Made by a program: the position numbers and the translations under genes. Below, one piece after another: positions 1 through 9,559 of a stretch of 64,000 nt of DNA. This DNA comes from Carpediemonas membranifera BICM (taxonomy: Eukaryota; Protista; Fornicata). Below the pieces are notes generated by a model. That model had not been told where the DNA came from, did not search any database, and worked only from the letters and a program-made list of their open reading frames with translations. Location: positions 257,072 through 321,071 of the forward strand of contig JAHDYR010000011.1 of NCBI GenBank assembly GCA_019828565.1, in the 5' to 3' direction. Numbering within the stretch: the stretch's first letter is position 1; every line of letters starts with the position of its first letter.

Positions 1-1106
1 CCATCGCACCCGCTTGAACCCCAGTATATCGGCCCTGGAGGCGATATGAAGCTCATCCGCTTCCTACGGAGAAACAAGCATGTACCGCAGACAGCCAGGG
101 CTCTGGCTGAATACATACAGTGGCGCCAGGAGTGGCATGTGGGTGAGATCAGCATTATTCATGTCGCCCATGTTTTTGAGATGACGCGCACGTTTAGGAT
201 CATGACGATGGGCGATAGTAAGCTCGGTCAGCCTGCCGTATACATTGACTACGACGACCATACCATGCCCTCTGACGTCGATCTCATGCTTGCCTGCCTC
301 TACTGTCTCGAGGACCTCGATATTCGACTTGCAGACAGTCTTTCCAGAGTAGCTTGCGTGTTGAAACTCACCAGCTTTAAGCTGCATCGCTATAACGTCA
401 AAATGGACAAGATGGTGTGTCCCATTCCTTCTTTATTACACAGTTCGCCAAGATTCTCGATCTTTATTACCCCGAACGGCTTGGACCGACTGCAGTCGTC
501 GAGGCCGGCTTAATGTTCCGCCTGGCCTGGAAAATGGTCCGCCATTGGGTGCCCGCTGACATGGCCAAATTTATAACGGTTATGGGTAAGGATCCGACTC
601 CATTACACGCGATATTCGACCACGACGCCATCCCCAAGTCCCTGGGCGGCGGGTTCAACAACGACCCGATGGAATATATCAAGCAGTGCTGCGACAGGGA
701 AGGAGTACCATATGATGCGAGGGAGAAGTGTCCGGTTGACACTAGAGTGATGCTTCAGTACTTCGGTTCAGATGAGATTGCGTCAGAATACAGCGCGGTG
801 GTCAAGGGTGTTGGGTCGAAGCGGACGAAAGTTACTCGGCGGTGGAACAGGTATTATTTAGTGCTCACTAACGATACGCTTTTTTATTTTAAGAGTTCAA
901 GGTCGACCCAGCCAAACAACGCAATCAGCATGGCTTTTGTCAGCGTGGAGGACGGCGGCAGGGGCAGCAAGAAGCATACACTCACTGTGACTACGGCTGA
1001 GCGGCCGTATTACTTCTCATTCACCACAGCTGAAGACAAGCACGTCTGGCTCGAGGCGCTTAAGAAGATCGCGGGTGAGTGCGCCAGTGACACCATCCCT
1101 TTGTAA
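1..1106 (+). CDS. CRAL-TRIO (Sec14) lipid-binding domain plus C-terminal PH domain protein; 5'-partial; intron 415-443
   Basis: Removing the 29-nt intron GTGTGT...TTACACAG joins ORF 46-513 to ORF 417-1106 in frame (MDKM|FAKILDLYYPERLG). Sec14 motifs LIRFLR, YYPERLG and IPKSLGG are present, as are PH motifs RRWNRYYLVL and WLEAL. The frame is open back to base 1. Confidence 0.85.
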
Positions 1107-1180
1107 ATTTTCTTGGGAATATATTATTGTAACAGTGCCACGTGGTCCTGTTTCAGTGGTTGGGTGACATAATCTGCACA

Positions 1181-1774
1181 ATGAAGCCACTGACGAATCA
1201 GACGTTCTACGAGACTACTGATGAATTCAGGGAGCTCATTCAGACGAAGGAGTTCAAACTTGCTCTTGGACCGAAATTTATCAACCTAGCTGTCTTCGCC
1301 GATCCAAAACGCAAGCTCATTGCTGAATCGATCCTTCGACAGGTCCCTAGCGACTATATGACACCGATTGAGATAGTTAAGAAGTGCAAGATGCGTACTG
1401 TCACCAAGAAACCCCAGACCACCGTCACTGAGAAGGAAGTAGCCGCCGCCATCTCGCAGCGTTCGTCCTCCCGCCCCCGCGCTAACCCAGTCACAGAGAA
1501 GTCAGTCCGCAGCCGTCTGACGAACCTAGAAGTAGAGGACGAGGCGATGAACCACGGTCTCCGGATGTCCGACGAGTACGAAGTCCGGTCTGTGCTGGCC
1601 CTCTTCGCCACCATCGTTTGCCTCGCAGTCGTGGGTTATTTCCTCGGCGTGCTTGTGGGGGCCGAGCTCAACATGCGTCTGATCATGGCGACGGGCGGGT
1701 TGATCCTTGGTCTGCTGATGGACGCCAGCCTGCTCATCATCATGCACACAAAACTGCTCGGGTCCAAGCGGTGA
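1181..1774 (+). CDS. VMA12: Vma12/TMEM199-like ER V-ATPase assembly factor
   Basis: ~197 aa with a charged helix (RSRLTNL..EDEAMNHG) followed by two C-terminal hydrophobic helices ending GLLMDASLLII. First ATG is at 1181. Confidence 0.65.
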   Translation: MKPLTNQTFYETTDEFRELIQTKEFKLALGPKFINLAVFADPKRKLIAESILRQVPSDYMTPIEIVKKCKMRTVTKKPQTTVTEKEVAAAISQRSSSRPRANPVTEKSVRSRLTNLEVEDEAMNHGLRMSDEYEVRSVLALFATIVCLAVVGYFLGVLVGAELNMRLIMATGGLILGLLMDASLLIIMHTKLLGSKR

Positions 1775-2151
1775 AGGTAGGGAAAGATGAAAGCGGTGCG
1801 AGGGATTGCAGAGTTTCTGGATGAAATCCGGTCCATGGTGAGTGTCTCCTGGCGCCGTCCCGAGCGCAAGAAGTGCTCTTAGCCGGACACAATAAACGAC
1901 TCAAACTCGAGTCGCACGTCCAGTAGTAGTTTTTATCTGATTATTCATGTCTTCAAACAGGCTGTACGGGCCGCGAAGAAGAAGAGATGGCGTGGCATGG
2001 GTCACTCTGGGCGTTGCCGCCTTCATGTCTTGGGCAGAGGCTGAGTGACGGGCCGTGCGAGTAATAAATGGGGGCCGGTAGTCTCAACACAATTACGTGA
2101 TGGAGGCCACCCTGGGTCCACGGGTCGTCAGCCAAGGTACGCTTTAGAAGT

Positions 2152-3204
2152 TTATGATTGAAGGGTTGGGTCGACATTGATGGGAATGATGGGTGCCAAC
2201 ATTGTTTCGTGGGGCGCCTTGCACTCGACCAGCTCAGCCACCCCGTTCAGATCTGGCACACAGACCATCTTGAACCACTGGCCATTGGAGTCGCAGCATC
2301 TGAAGAATAAGGATACGTAGAAACCGCTGTCATCTCAAAATCGAAAGGGGTTTTGTTGGCTACATACTTTCTGAAGTAGTGGGTAACGCCCTCGGTCACC
2401 CAGACCATCCGTTCATAGTCGCAGAAGAATCCCTTGGCCCTCTGCCCCGCCTCCGCGGGGCTCGAAGCCCTGCCCACGATACGGAGCAAAACCCACACAC
2501 TGACAACGAACTGAGCAAATAGCCGAGCGGGATGGTACACGGAGGGAACAAGACACACGCATGTCAGACGGAGCAACAGGCTAGAGTTCGAATCCCACTG
2601 AGGTCAACAGTTACCGGTCAAGCAGATCGTGCCACGCAGCACTGGTGGGGTAGTGTGGAATACCGGGTCCCTTTTGGCTCAGTGGTTCGACATCACACTG
2701 GGAACCGGAGTGGGGTGGGTGTGAGGCACTTGTCGTTCTTGCGGTACCCAGGCAGCAGGCCCGATTTGGAGACATGACGGGGAACTTTGCCAGCGAGGAG
2801 AAGCTGGCGGCCACTGAGGAAGACGTTGAAATCAAACCCAGAAGAAATTAGCCGGTCGACCTTGAAGGGCAGATCGACGAATACAGACGAACAATTCTTG
2901 TGTCCGAGTCCCAGCTGGCCCCAATAGTTGCCTCCGCTGATCATCTGCCGACCGCCCATGGAGAGGATGATTGCCCCTTCGCATAAACCTCTCTCATGCG
3001 CGATACGATCTGGAACAAAGCCGGCGGGCACGCACGGGACAGCGAATGGGTGGAATAGATGTCTGGTGTCCCTTTCGACATAGCCGGTAAACCATGATGA
3101 GGTATATCCACTCATGACATGAGAGGTGTCAACCAAAGGCGTCAACAATATCGCCTCCACTGATTATAAATCAAATCCCTTTACCATTTGCCTTAGCCTC
3201 TCGT
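2152..3204 (-). pseudogene. Truncated, disrupted paralogue of the RCC1/BLIP-II-like family
   Basis: Matches the C-terminal halves of 3205-4794 and 9560-14824 (GGNYWGQLGLGH, SGLLPG, PTPLRF, VWVTEG.THY.RK). Lesions: in-frame stop (RQMVKGFDL*SVEAIL), ~254-bp insertion between PTPLRFP and RAKGFF, a frameshift near 2260, and a missing N-terminal half. Confidence 0.8.
2445..2698. mobile_element. ~254-bp non-coding insertion (SINE/MITE-like), boundaries +/-2 nt
   Basis: Interrupts colinear RCC1-like coding sequence. Left end is a GC hairpin CCCCGC-CTCC-GCGGGG. Internal Pol III-like A box TAGCCGAGCGG (2520) and B box GTTCGAATCC (2586). The right-end 50 bp recur at 38517-38565. Confidence 0.6.
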
Positions 3205-4794
3205 TCACACAGCCCACATGTTACAACGGACGCAATCCGGCTCCTCCACCATGACAAAGTGACCCTCCCCGCAGACCTCAAACCACGCACCGCTCATCGC
3301 ATTTTGGACAAAGCAGCTTCCCTCCGCTTCCTCAACTCCAACGGCAGAAGACTTAAACGGCACACTCATTCGCCCATCGGTGAAGATCTGGGTGCCATTC
3401 TCGTCGACCCAGGCTGCCACATCCCACGTGATTATTAGACTCGTCGCATGAGTCTGGAACTGGAGCGGGGTGGGTGTAAGTAGGCTCGTGTTGGCTACAG
3501 TGCCGGGAAGCAGGCCAGACAGGGCAAGCGGAGAGGGGACGAGGCCGGCGAAGAGGACTTGGTCGCCGGCAGCGAACAGGTTGTAAGTGCCGAACTCTCC
3601 AACAAGCCGGTCTATGTGAAAGGGAATGGGCGTGTATTCAAGCACAGCGGTCTCGTGCCCGAGGCCTAGCTGTCCGCAATGATTATCGCCCGCGATGAGT
3701 TGCTGATCGCCACATGACATAACAGCAACGGCATGATTCGACATAATATCATCTGGGACAAATTCATCGGGCAGGGGCACTTGGGCGTAACCCCCGTTCT
3801 CGGGGAAGTCCGAATGAACAAACCATTCGGCGATAGTGGCGGCGCAGCTCATGATCGTGCCCGCGGAGGTCACAATAAACATAGTGACTGGGTGGGTGAA
3901 GATGCCTTTGACCATCCTGTGCTTCTCCCAGGGGGGCAGGCTGGCCTCAAGCTCGGCAACTTTGGGGCAGGCGGGGAAGGTGAGGCGGGTTGGGTGGTTG
4001 AACTCAAAGGACCGGAACCCCAGCTGACAATGTTCGCTCTCCCCCCAGCCCCATAGGCCCTTGGGCGTCCCGGCGATGTGGGTAAACCAGTCGCTGTAGA
4101 CCTCGAGGGCCCTGGGCATCCTGGCCCTGGTGAGGGCGGTGTGGTTGGCAGTGTGGAGCATGAAGAGTCGGCCCATGTACATGCGGTGGTGGTAGAATCT
4201 CTCGATCCAATTGAACTGATAGCTCTCGCCGTCCTTCTCGGCGACGTTCATCGTGAAGAAGAACTTGCGGCAGAGGAACCAGAGGCATTTGCCCTCGGGG
4301 GTGAGCGCATTGCGGATCTTGTCATGTATCTCGGTATCACGTGGCTGCTTCCACAGAGCCTCCGTCAGCAGCCTGTCCTCGAGGTCGGGGTTGGCCCCGC
4401 CACCCATCAGACACGCCCACACCGCGCCCTGGTTCAGCGTGTGCAGGGCGGCCGGGAGCTCCTGCCCCTCCGCGAGCTCGACGTTCATGGACAGCGGGGG
4501 GCCGCTGGTGAGGATCGAGCGGGCGCGGTCGAGGAGGACTTGCGCGGCTGGCTCGAGAGGGGGGATTTCTGAGAGCGTGGTAAGGAGAGACTCGAGCGTA
4601 TCACCACTGGTTTGTGTAATATGGCTTTTCTGATCCCGGTTCAAGGGCATCACTGCGTCAAAGTGGCGGAGAAAGGCATGGCGAAGCAGAGTGGGGATGT
4701 CTCCGGATACGTCTGCTGTTATGACAGTAGAAGTGCAATACGCCTTGATCAGCGCAGCTTTAACGTCTTCCTGCGGGGATTCGGATGCGGCCAT
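3205..4794 (-). CDS. Lineage-specific RCC1/BLIP-II-like repeat family protein
   Basis: RCC1-like motifs LWGWGESEHCQLG and GDNHCGQLGLGH. The N-terminal domain (GDIPTLLRHA..HF; RARSILTSGPPLSMNVELAEGQELP) is shared with 9560-14824. Confidence 0.8.
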   Translation of the reverse strand: MAASESPQEDVKAALIKAYCTSTVITADVSGDIPTLLRHAFLRHFDAVMPLNRDQKSHITQTSGDTLESLLTTLSEIPPLEPAAQVLLDRARSILTSGPPLSMNVELAEGQELPAALHTLNQGAVWACLMGGGANPDLEDRLLTEALWKQPRDTEIHDKIRNALTPEGKCLWFLCRKFFFTMNVAEKDGESYQFNWIERFYHHRMYMGRLFMLHTANHTALTRARMPRALEVYSDWFTHIAGTPKGLWGWGESEHCQLGFRSFEFNHPTRLTFPACPKVAELEASLPPWEKHRMVKGIFTHPVTMFIVTSAGTIMSCAATIAEWFVHSDFPENGGYAQVPLPDEFVPDDIMSNHAVAVMSCGDQQLIAGDNHCGQLGLGHETAVLEYTPIPFHIDRLVGEFGTYNLFAAGDQVLFAGLVPSPLALSGLLPGTVANTSLLTPTPLQFQTHATSLIITWDVAAWVDENGTQIFTDGRMSVPFKSSAVGVEEAEGSCFVQNAMSGAWFEVCGEGHFVMVEEPDCVRCNMWAV

Positions 4795-5119
4795 GGCGTC
4801 TAGCGCTCACCACCGTCGTGGCGATTATTCACGACTGCAAGACTAACTGGCCGTCGACGACTGGCCGAAGCGGGGTGTGACGGAGTCCACCCTGCCAAGC
4901 ATGCTGTCTCCCTGAGTCGCCCTGGTTGGTGTGCCTGGCGTTGGACTGCCCTGTCGAGACTTGAGTTGTGAGTTGGTTGATAACGTACTGAGTCGAGATC
5001 ACCGGCCCAATGGTCGCATTGTTCCCACTGCCACCGCACGCACGTCATACACAGCCACCCACGCCAAGTCCAGAAATGAAACGCCGATTTTAAGATGAGA
5101 TAAAATGTCTAATCCGCCA

Positions 5120-6136
5120 TTATTCCGCCGCGTTACAGCGCACCACCGCACTCTCAGGCAACCACCCGTCCCCGTCAACGATATCACAGAGCTCCCTATT
5201 ATCACTTAGGAGGATCCGTCCATTGGCCCGCTCCATGATCGTGGCCGTTTGATAGCTCGACACGACCGGGAAGTCATCTATTGTCCTGCCAGCCTGGAGA
5301 TTGATCCGCGACCCGACTGAGAACGATGCGATGTCAGGGTGTCCCGGGTCTGATAGAGCTCGGGCCGTCTCGAGCTCCACGGCCACTCCGTCCCCAGACA
5401 TATATTCATCGCCCAGGACAAGCTCCTCCACACTCCATGCGTTCGTTGAAGTGGTGTGAGTGCCGTTGGAGCATATCGATCGGGACGTGGAGCCAGCTTT
5501 CTCGGGGGTCTCGGAAACTCTGTCGTTAACATCCATGGGGCTCGGCATCCGCTTGCTCCGTGGCCTGGGGATGTTGGGGGTGACCCTCGTCTCGTCCGAA
5601 GAGGTGGGATCATCTCGAGCGGGTGTTGTCTGGAAGCTGTTGAACCCAGGGGATGAGGAGTCGGCAGCAGAGGAGATTGGTGTGTCCGCGCTATCAACTG
5701 ATGGTAAGTCTACGCGGGCGAAAGACTCTGCCAGCTCCTTGTGCTTGTCGGAGATGATTTGCCCAAGCTTGGAGCGACGAAAGAGGCCCTTCTTCTTCGG
5801 CTTTGCCTCGTAACCGATAATCACGGTCTGAGCGATGTTGTTGAACAGCTCGAGTGATGTATCGGACAGCAGCTCGTACTCTGCGATCTTGAGGACGACC
5901 TTTGTTGGGTCCAAAATGCAGGCGTCGGCAATTGCTTTCTTCAGGTCGGAGACAAGCCACGAGTTGAGACGAACATTGAACAGAAAGGTTATACTCTCTT
6001 GAATGAACATAACTCGTGTTTGAGCAATGCTACGGAAGGACTTGTGCTCTTCCTTTGGAAACACGTTAAGAATCCTATACTGAACATCAAACTCATCTGG
6101 TGTGTCTATTAGATGCGTTGGGCGTGTCGTGTCCAT
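5120..6136 (-). CDS. Hypothetical protein: ubiquitin-like N-terminal domain, S/T/P-rich linker, possible SH3-like C-terminus
   Basis: VSDLKKAIA...VLKIAEYELLSDTSL resembles a Ubl fold; DGWLPESAVV resembles the SH3 GWxP motif. Confidence 0.5.
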   Translation of the reverse strand: MDTTRPTHLIDTPDEFDVQYRILNVFPKEEHKSFRSIAQTRVMFIQESITFLFNVRLNSWLVSDLKKAIADACILDPTKVVLKIAEYELLSDTSLELFNNIAQTVIIGYEAKPKKKGLFRRSKLGQIISDKHKELAESFARVDLPSVDSADTPISSAADSSSPGFNSFQTTPARDDPTSSDETRVTPNIPRPRSKRMPSPMDVNDRVSETPEKAGSTSRSICSNGTHTTSTNAWSVEELVLGDEYMSGDGVAVELETARALSDPGHPDIASFSVGSRINLQAGRTIDDFPVVSSYQTATIMERANGRILLSDNRELCDIVDGDGWLPESAVVRCNAAE

Positions 6137-6873
6137 GACTATAGAATAATTTGTGCGACCAAACGGCCTTTCTCAATGGCTCTTTCGTCTTGGTTTTTTC
6201 TGACAAAACCTGAAGATCACATCCGTCTTGTACGAGAGACGGATGTGATCATTAGACGATCCGACAGGTCCTACACAGCTGGCATGAGTGCATGAGAAAC
6301 GCCCGGGCACGGTCAGGAAAGATCGAAAATCCAGTGGAAGATTGATCGACGATATGTATATCCAGTGAGATTCTGTTATCGATGATTTCCGAGACCCAAG
6401 TGCAGCTATAAACACCACCTTATCGCCGGCTACGGTATTTAGTCCCGCAGCTGGCTGATGGTGTCGCAAGTACAAGTGGAAAGTTCACCGGTCTTCAGAA
6501 GTCAAAGTGCAATCTTTTTCCGCCAAATCTAGCACGGAAGCAAAGAAGCGGGCGATAGATAGGGTCATTAACCTACTGAACAGTCCTGTGTCGCGTCAGA
6601 ACCCTTACCCTGGTGCAGGGCTAGGACCCATGTGGGTGCCGCGGGGTCGGGGCAGGGGGTGTGAGAATAAGGGGTATGGGGCTCTGGTCGCACCATGTAT
6701 TGCGTGTTAGACCGGTTGGGGCGCTTGGAGACTTGTTTTAAGGCAAGAGAACAACACCAGAGCAAACTTTTTAGAAAACGACAAAATGAAACAAAAAACT
6801 AACTAATAATACGCCACCGCACCCCTCGTCGCCAGGGCCCCAACCCTGACCTGACATGATTTAATCGCCGCGC

Positions 6874-7974
6874 TTATACGCGCTTCATGTAGCCAGCCTC
6901 GCATCTGAACACATCGCCGAGGGACTTCTCAGTATGGATCGAGAAGATGCTGTTGGCGAACCAGCGAGCTGTGCTGATGATGGTGATGTTGTCCCGCTCG
7001 CCCTCGCTCAGAGGAGGCAGCTCACGACGGATCGTGTCCGTGATGACCAGGCGGGAGATGTGCTCAGAGCTGCGGATACGGTGAATCGCGTCTCTCGAGA
7101 GCACACCGTGGGTGATGCAGCAAATCACGTCCTTGGCGCCGTTATTCCGGAGCTGGCCCGCGGCGTTGACAAGAGACCCACCGGTGTCGACAATGTCGTC
7201 GATGATGATGCAGAGGCGGTCCTTGCACCGCTCAGCACCGATGGTGAAGAGCACACGGGCCTCGTTGGGGCGGGGGCGCTGCTTGTGGATGAGGACGATG
7301 TCGGGCTCGTCAGTGGCGCCTACAGCGTTTTGGATCATTCGAGCGGCCCTGCCAGCGCGCTCAGCACCGCCGAGATCTGGAGAGACGATGGCGATGTTCT
7401 CGGTGAGATCCGTGGGGCAACCGACGATGCCCTCCTTCATAAGATAGTCGACATGGAAGTAGAGGCCCTGGATATGGTCCAGCGGGATGTCGAAGAAGCC
7501 CTGAATCTGCGCAGCGTGTAGGTCGCAGGCCAGAACGCGGTCGACGCCAGCTGTCTGGATGAGGTTGGCGACCAGCTTTGCCGTGATGGGGGTCCGGGGC
7601 TGGGCCTTCCGCTCCTGGCGGGCGTAGCCGTAGTACGGGATGACGGCAGTCACACGGCCGACAGAGGCACGCTTGAGGGCGTCTGTGATGATGAGGAGCT
7701 CCATGAGGAAGTCGTTCACGGAGGGAGGAGAAATGGGCTGAACAACGAAGACGTCTGCACCTCTGATGCAGTCCGCAATCTTGACCTGGATCTCACCATC
7801 AGCAAAATGAGTCACGGCCATGTTCAGCTTCCGCACTACGGCGTCGGGGCTGACGTGCAGCTCCTCGTCGACGTAGGGTGTGTTCTCGTCTTGTAGCTTG
7901 TTCAGCTCTTCGACGATAGCATCCGCAAGAGGTTCATTGGCAGTACCAGAGGCTACAAAGACGTTGTACACCAT
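6874..7974 (-). CDS. PRPS: Ribose-phosphate pyrophosphokinase (PRPP synthetase)
   Basis: Motifs FADGE, VIPYYGYARQER, DLHAAQIQGFF, VSPDLGG, IIIDDIVDTGGS. First ATG is at 7974. Confidence 0.97.
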   Translation of the reverse strand: MVYNVFVASGTANEPLADAIVEELNKLQDENTPYVDEELHVSPDAVVRKLNMAVTHFADGEIQVKIADCIRGADVFVVQPISPPSVNDFLMELLIITDALKRASVGRVTAVIPYYGYARQERKAQPRTPITAKLVANLIQTAGVDRVLACDLHAAQIQGFFDIPLDHIQGLYFHVDYLMKEGIVGCPTDLTENIAIVSPDLGGAERAGRAARMIQNAVGATDEPDIVLIHKQRPRPNEARVLFTIGAERCKDRLCIIIDDIVDTGGSLVNAAGQLRNNGAKDVICCITHGVLSRDAIHRIRSSEHISRLVITDTIRRELPPLSEGERDNITIISTARWFANSIFSIHTEKSLGDVFRCEAGYMKRV

Positions 7975-8173
7975 CTCCTGACACAACACACGAAGTGGCT
8001 TCTCCTGGCCACGACTCAGCTAGAGTCGCATGAAAAAAAGATAAATATCTACTCAATCCAGTGTGTCTTGGTGCTCATTCCGTCGTGCTTAGAGCACATG
8101 TTTCACGCTTAGTCTGATACGCGCCGAATCTCATGAGATTTTGATTTCGCACTTTAAGGCTAAGACCTCATCG

Positions 8174-8989
8174 ATGAGCGATGTCCTCACAGAAGCGCAT
8201 TACTACATACAAAAGAATGTATTACGACATCTAACCACGTCTGATCGATATTTAGCTGATGACAACTTCTCCCTTCTCCATACTCGTTCTGGACAGCTTA
8301 GTTACCGCCGCTGGTACCGTTCACTGAGCAATAAGCGCCATTCACTCACTCACATTGAGTTTTCATACATTTTTAGGGACATTTTCCCACAACTTCCCGA
8401 CGCTATTATTCTAGAGCTGTTTGAAACGATCGATGGCTCATTTCGAGGCGAAATCGGGTCATATGAGGCGTTCATGCTCCTCACACTCCTCCTTGCCCGG
8501 AGAGAAGGTCATATTCCCCAATGGCTATTCTACCACGGCAGCGCGTTCTTCAGTTCAATTGCCGGCGGAGACATTGGGAAGTCCCACATCCCTTGCTCCA
8601 TCCTCCTCAGCCTGCTGGTGCTGCTCAACTACGACCCCAACTCTGCCTATCTCAAGGTGAGCCGGCTGACTGACCCTCGACGGCCAATCAACGTCCGAAT
8701 GTTTACCATATGTATGTATTATGTGGCAACGACGCAGCAGAATGAGGACGAAGAGGTCGATATGATAGTCACCGGTACCCCTGACGAGGCTCTTTCGCTC
8801 TACTCTCCCGTCGCAGCAACACCTCGGACGCGGTTTGACTTTGAATCGAGTCGAACGCACACGAGACAGACGTCTAGCGTGCAGGGTGGCATTGAATCGT
8901 CACGGGATGGGCGTAGGGCGTCCAAGTATCGCTTAGCTGAGGACGAACTGAGCAAGCGGGAAAGCCACGGTGGGTGTGTCGCCATGTAG
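8174..8989 (+). CDS. Degenerate EF-hand protein, EFCAB9-like
   Basis: ELFETIDGSFRGEIGSYEAFMLLTLLLA...WLFYHGSAFF resembles the EFCAB9 EF-hand core. C-terminal CVAM is a possible CaaX prenylation motif. Confidence 0.55.
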   Translation: MSDVLTEAHYYIQKNVLRHLTTSDRYLADDNFSLLHTRSGQLSYRRWYRSLSNKRHSLTHIEFSYIFRDIFPQLPDAIILELFETIDGSFRGEIGSYEAFMLLTLLLARREGHIPQWLFYHGSAFFSSIAGGDIGKSHIPCSILLSLLVLLNYDPNSAYLKVSRLTDPRRPINVRMFTICMYYVATTQQNEDEEVDMIVTGTPDEALSLYSPVAATPRTRFDFESSRTHTRQTSSVQGGIESSRDGRRASKYRLAEDELSKRESHGGCVAM

Positions 8990-9303
8990 CATTAGTTGTC
9001 ATTTTTTTACATTTTCCTCGCATATTACTTGTAAATCTACTATTACCAGGCACGATCAACCTACGGTATCGACACCCCAACCGTCGTGACAGCATTGATC
9101 ACCATGGAGCGATCTCAGCAGCCGCCGATGCCAACGAGGGCCACCCGATAGCCCAGGAGCCCCTGGCTATCGCTGCTCCCCACCGGCCCGGCCTATAGGT
9201 ACATAGAGCCCTGGGATGGCGCGTCAGTCACGACTGCCCCGACTTTCCATCTGAACACGGTGGACAGGCTTGGGTCATGCTGCGTGATCCTAATGCAGTT
9301 ACT

Positions 9304-9334
9304 GACTATTATAGGACTAGGACTATTATAGGAC
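9304..9334. repeat. Direct repeat GACTATTATAGGAC x2
   Basis: Exact 14-nt copies at 9304-9317 and 9321-9334. Confidence 0.85.
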
Positions 9335-9559
9335 CAAAGTTGACTCTTCCATGGACTTCAGGTGCCGAGACCTGCAGTTTATGTCGAGATGCTAAAGGTG
9401 GGCTGCCAGGTTAGCCTGGGTGCTTAAGAAGCTGTCCGCACCATTTCTTCAGATGGTCGCATTTATCATGCACTGATGGCATGTATATCGAAAATGTATA
9501 CTTGAGATTCTTTAGTGACGACGAGACATTCTGCCACCACAACATAGGATTGTCGGAAG

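Noticed and set aside
2513-2606. Intact tRNA gene
   Set aside because: A and B boxes are present, but the acceptor, anticodon and T stems do not pair.
2442-2698. The insertion read as a GT...AG intron (introner) on the minus strand
   Set aside because: Splicing would keep the frame but lose one codon relative to paralogues. The acceptor GGGCAG lacks the AC at -6/-5 seen in all ten introns, and the host gene has other lesions.
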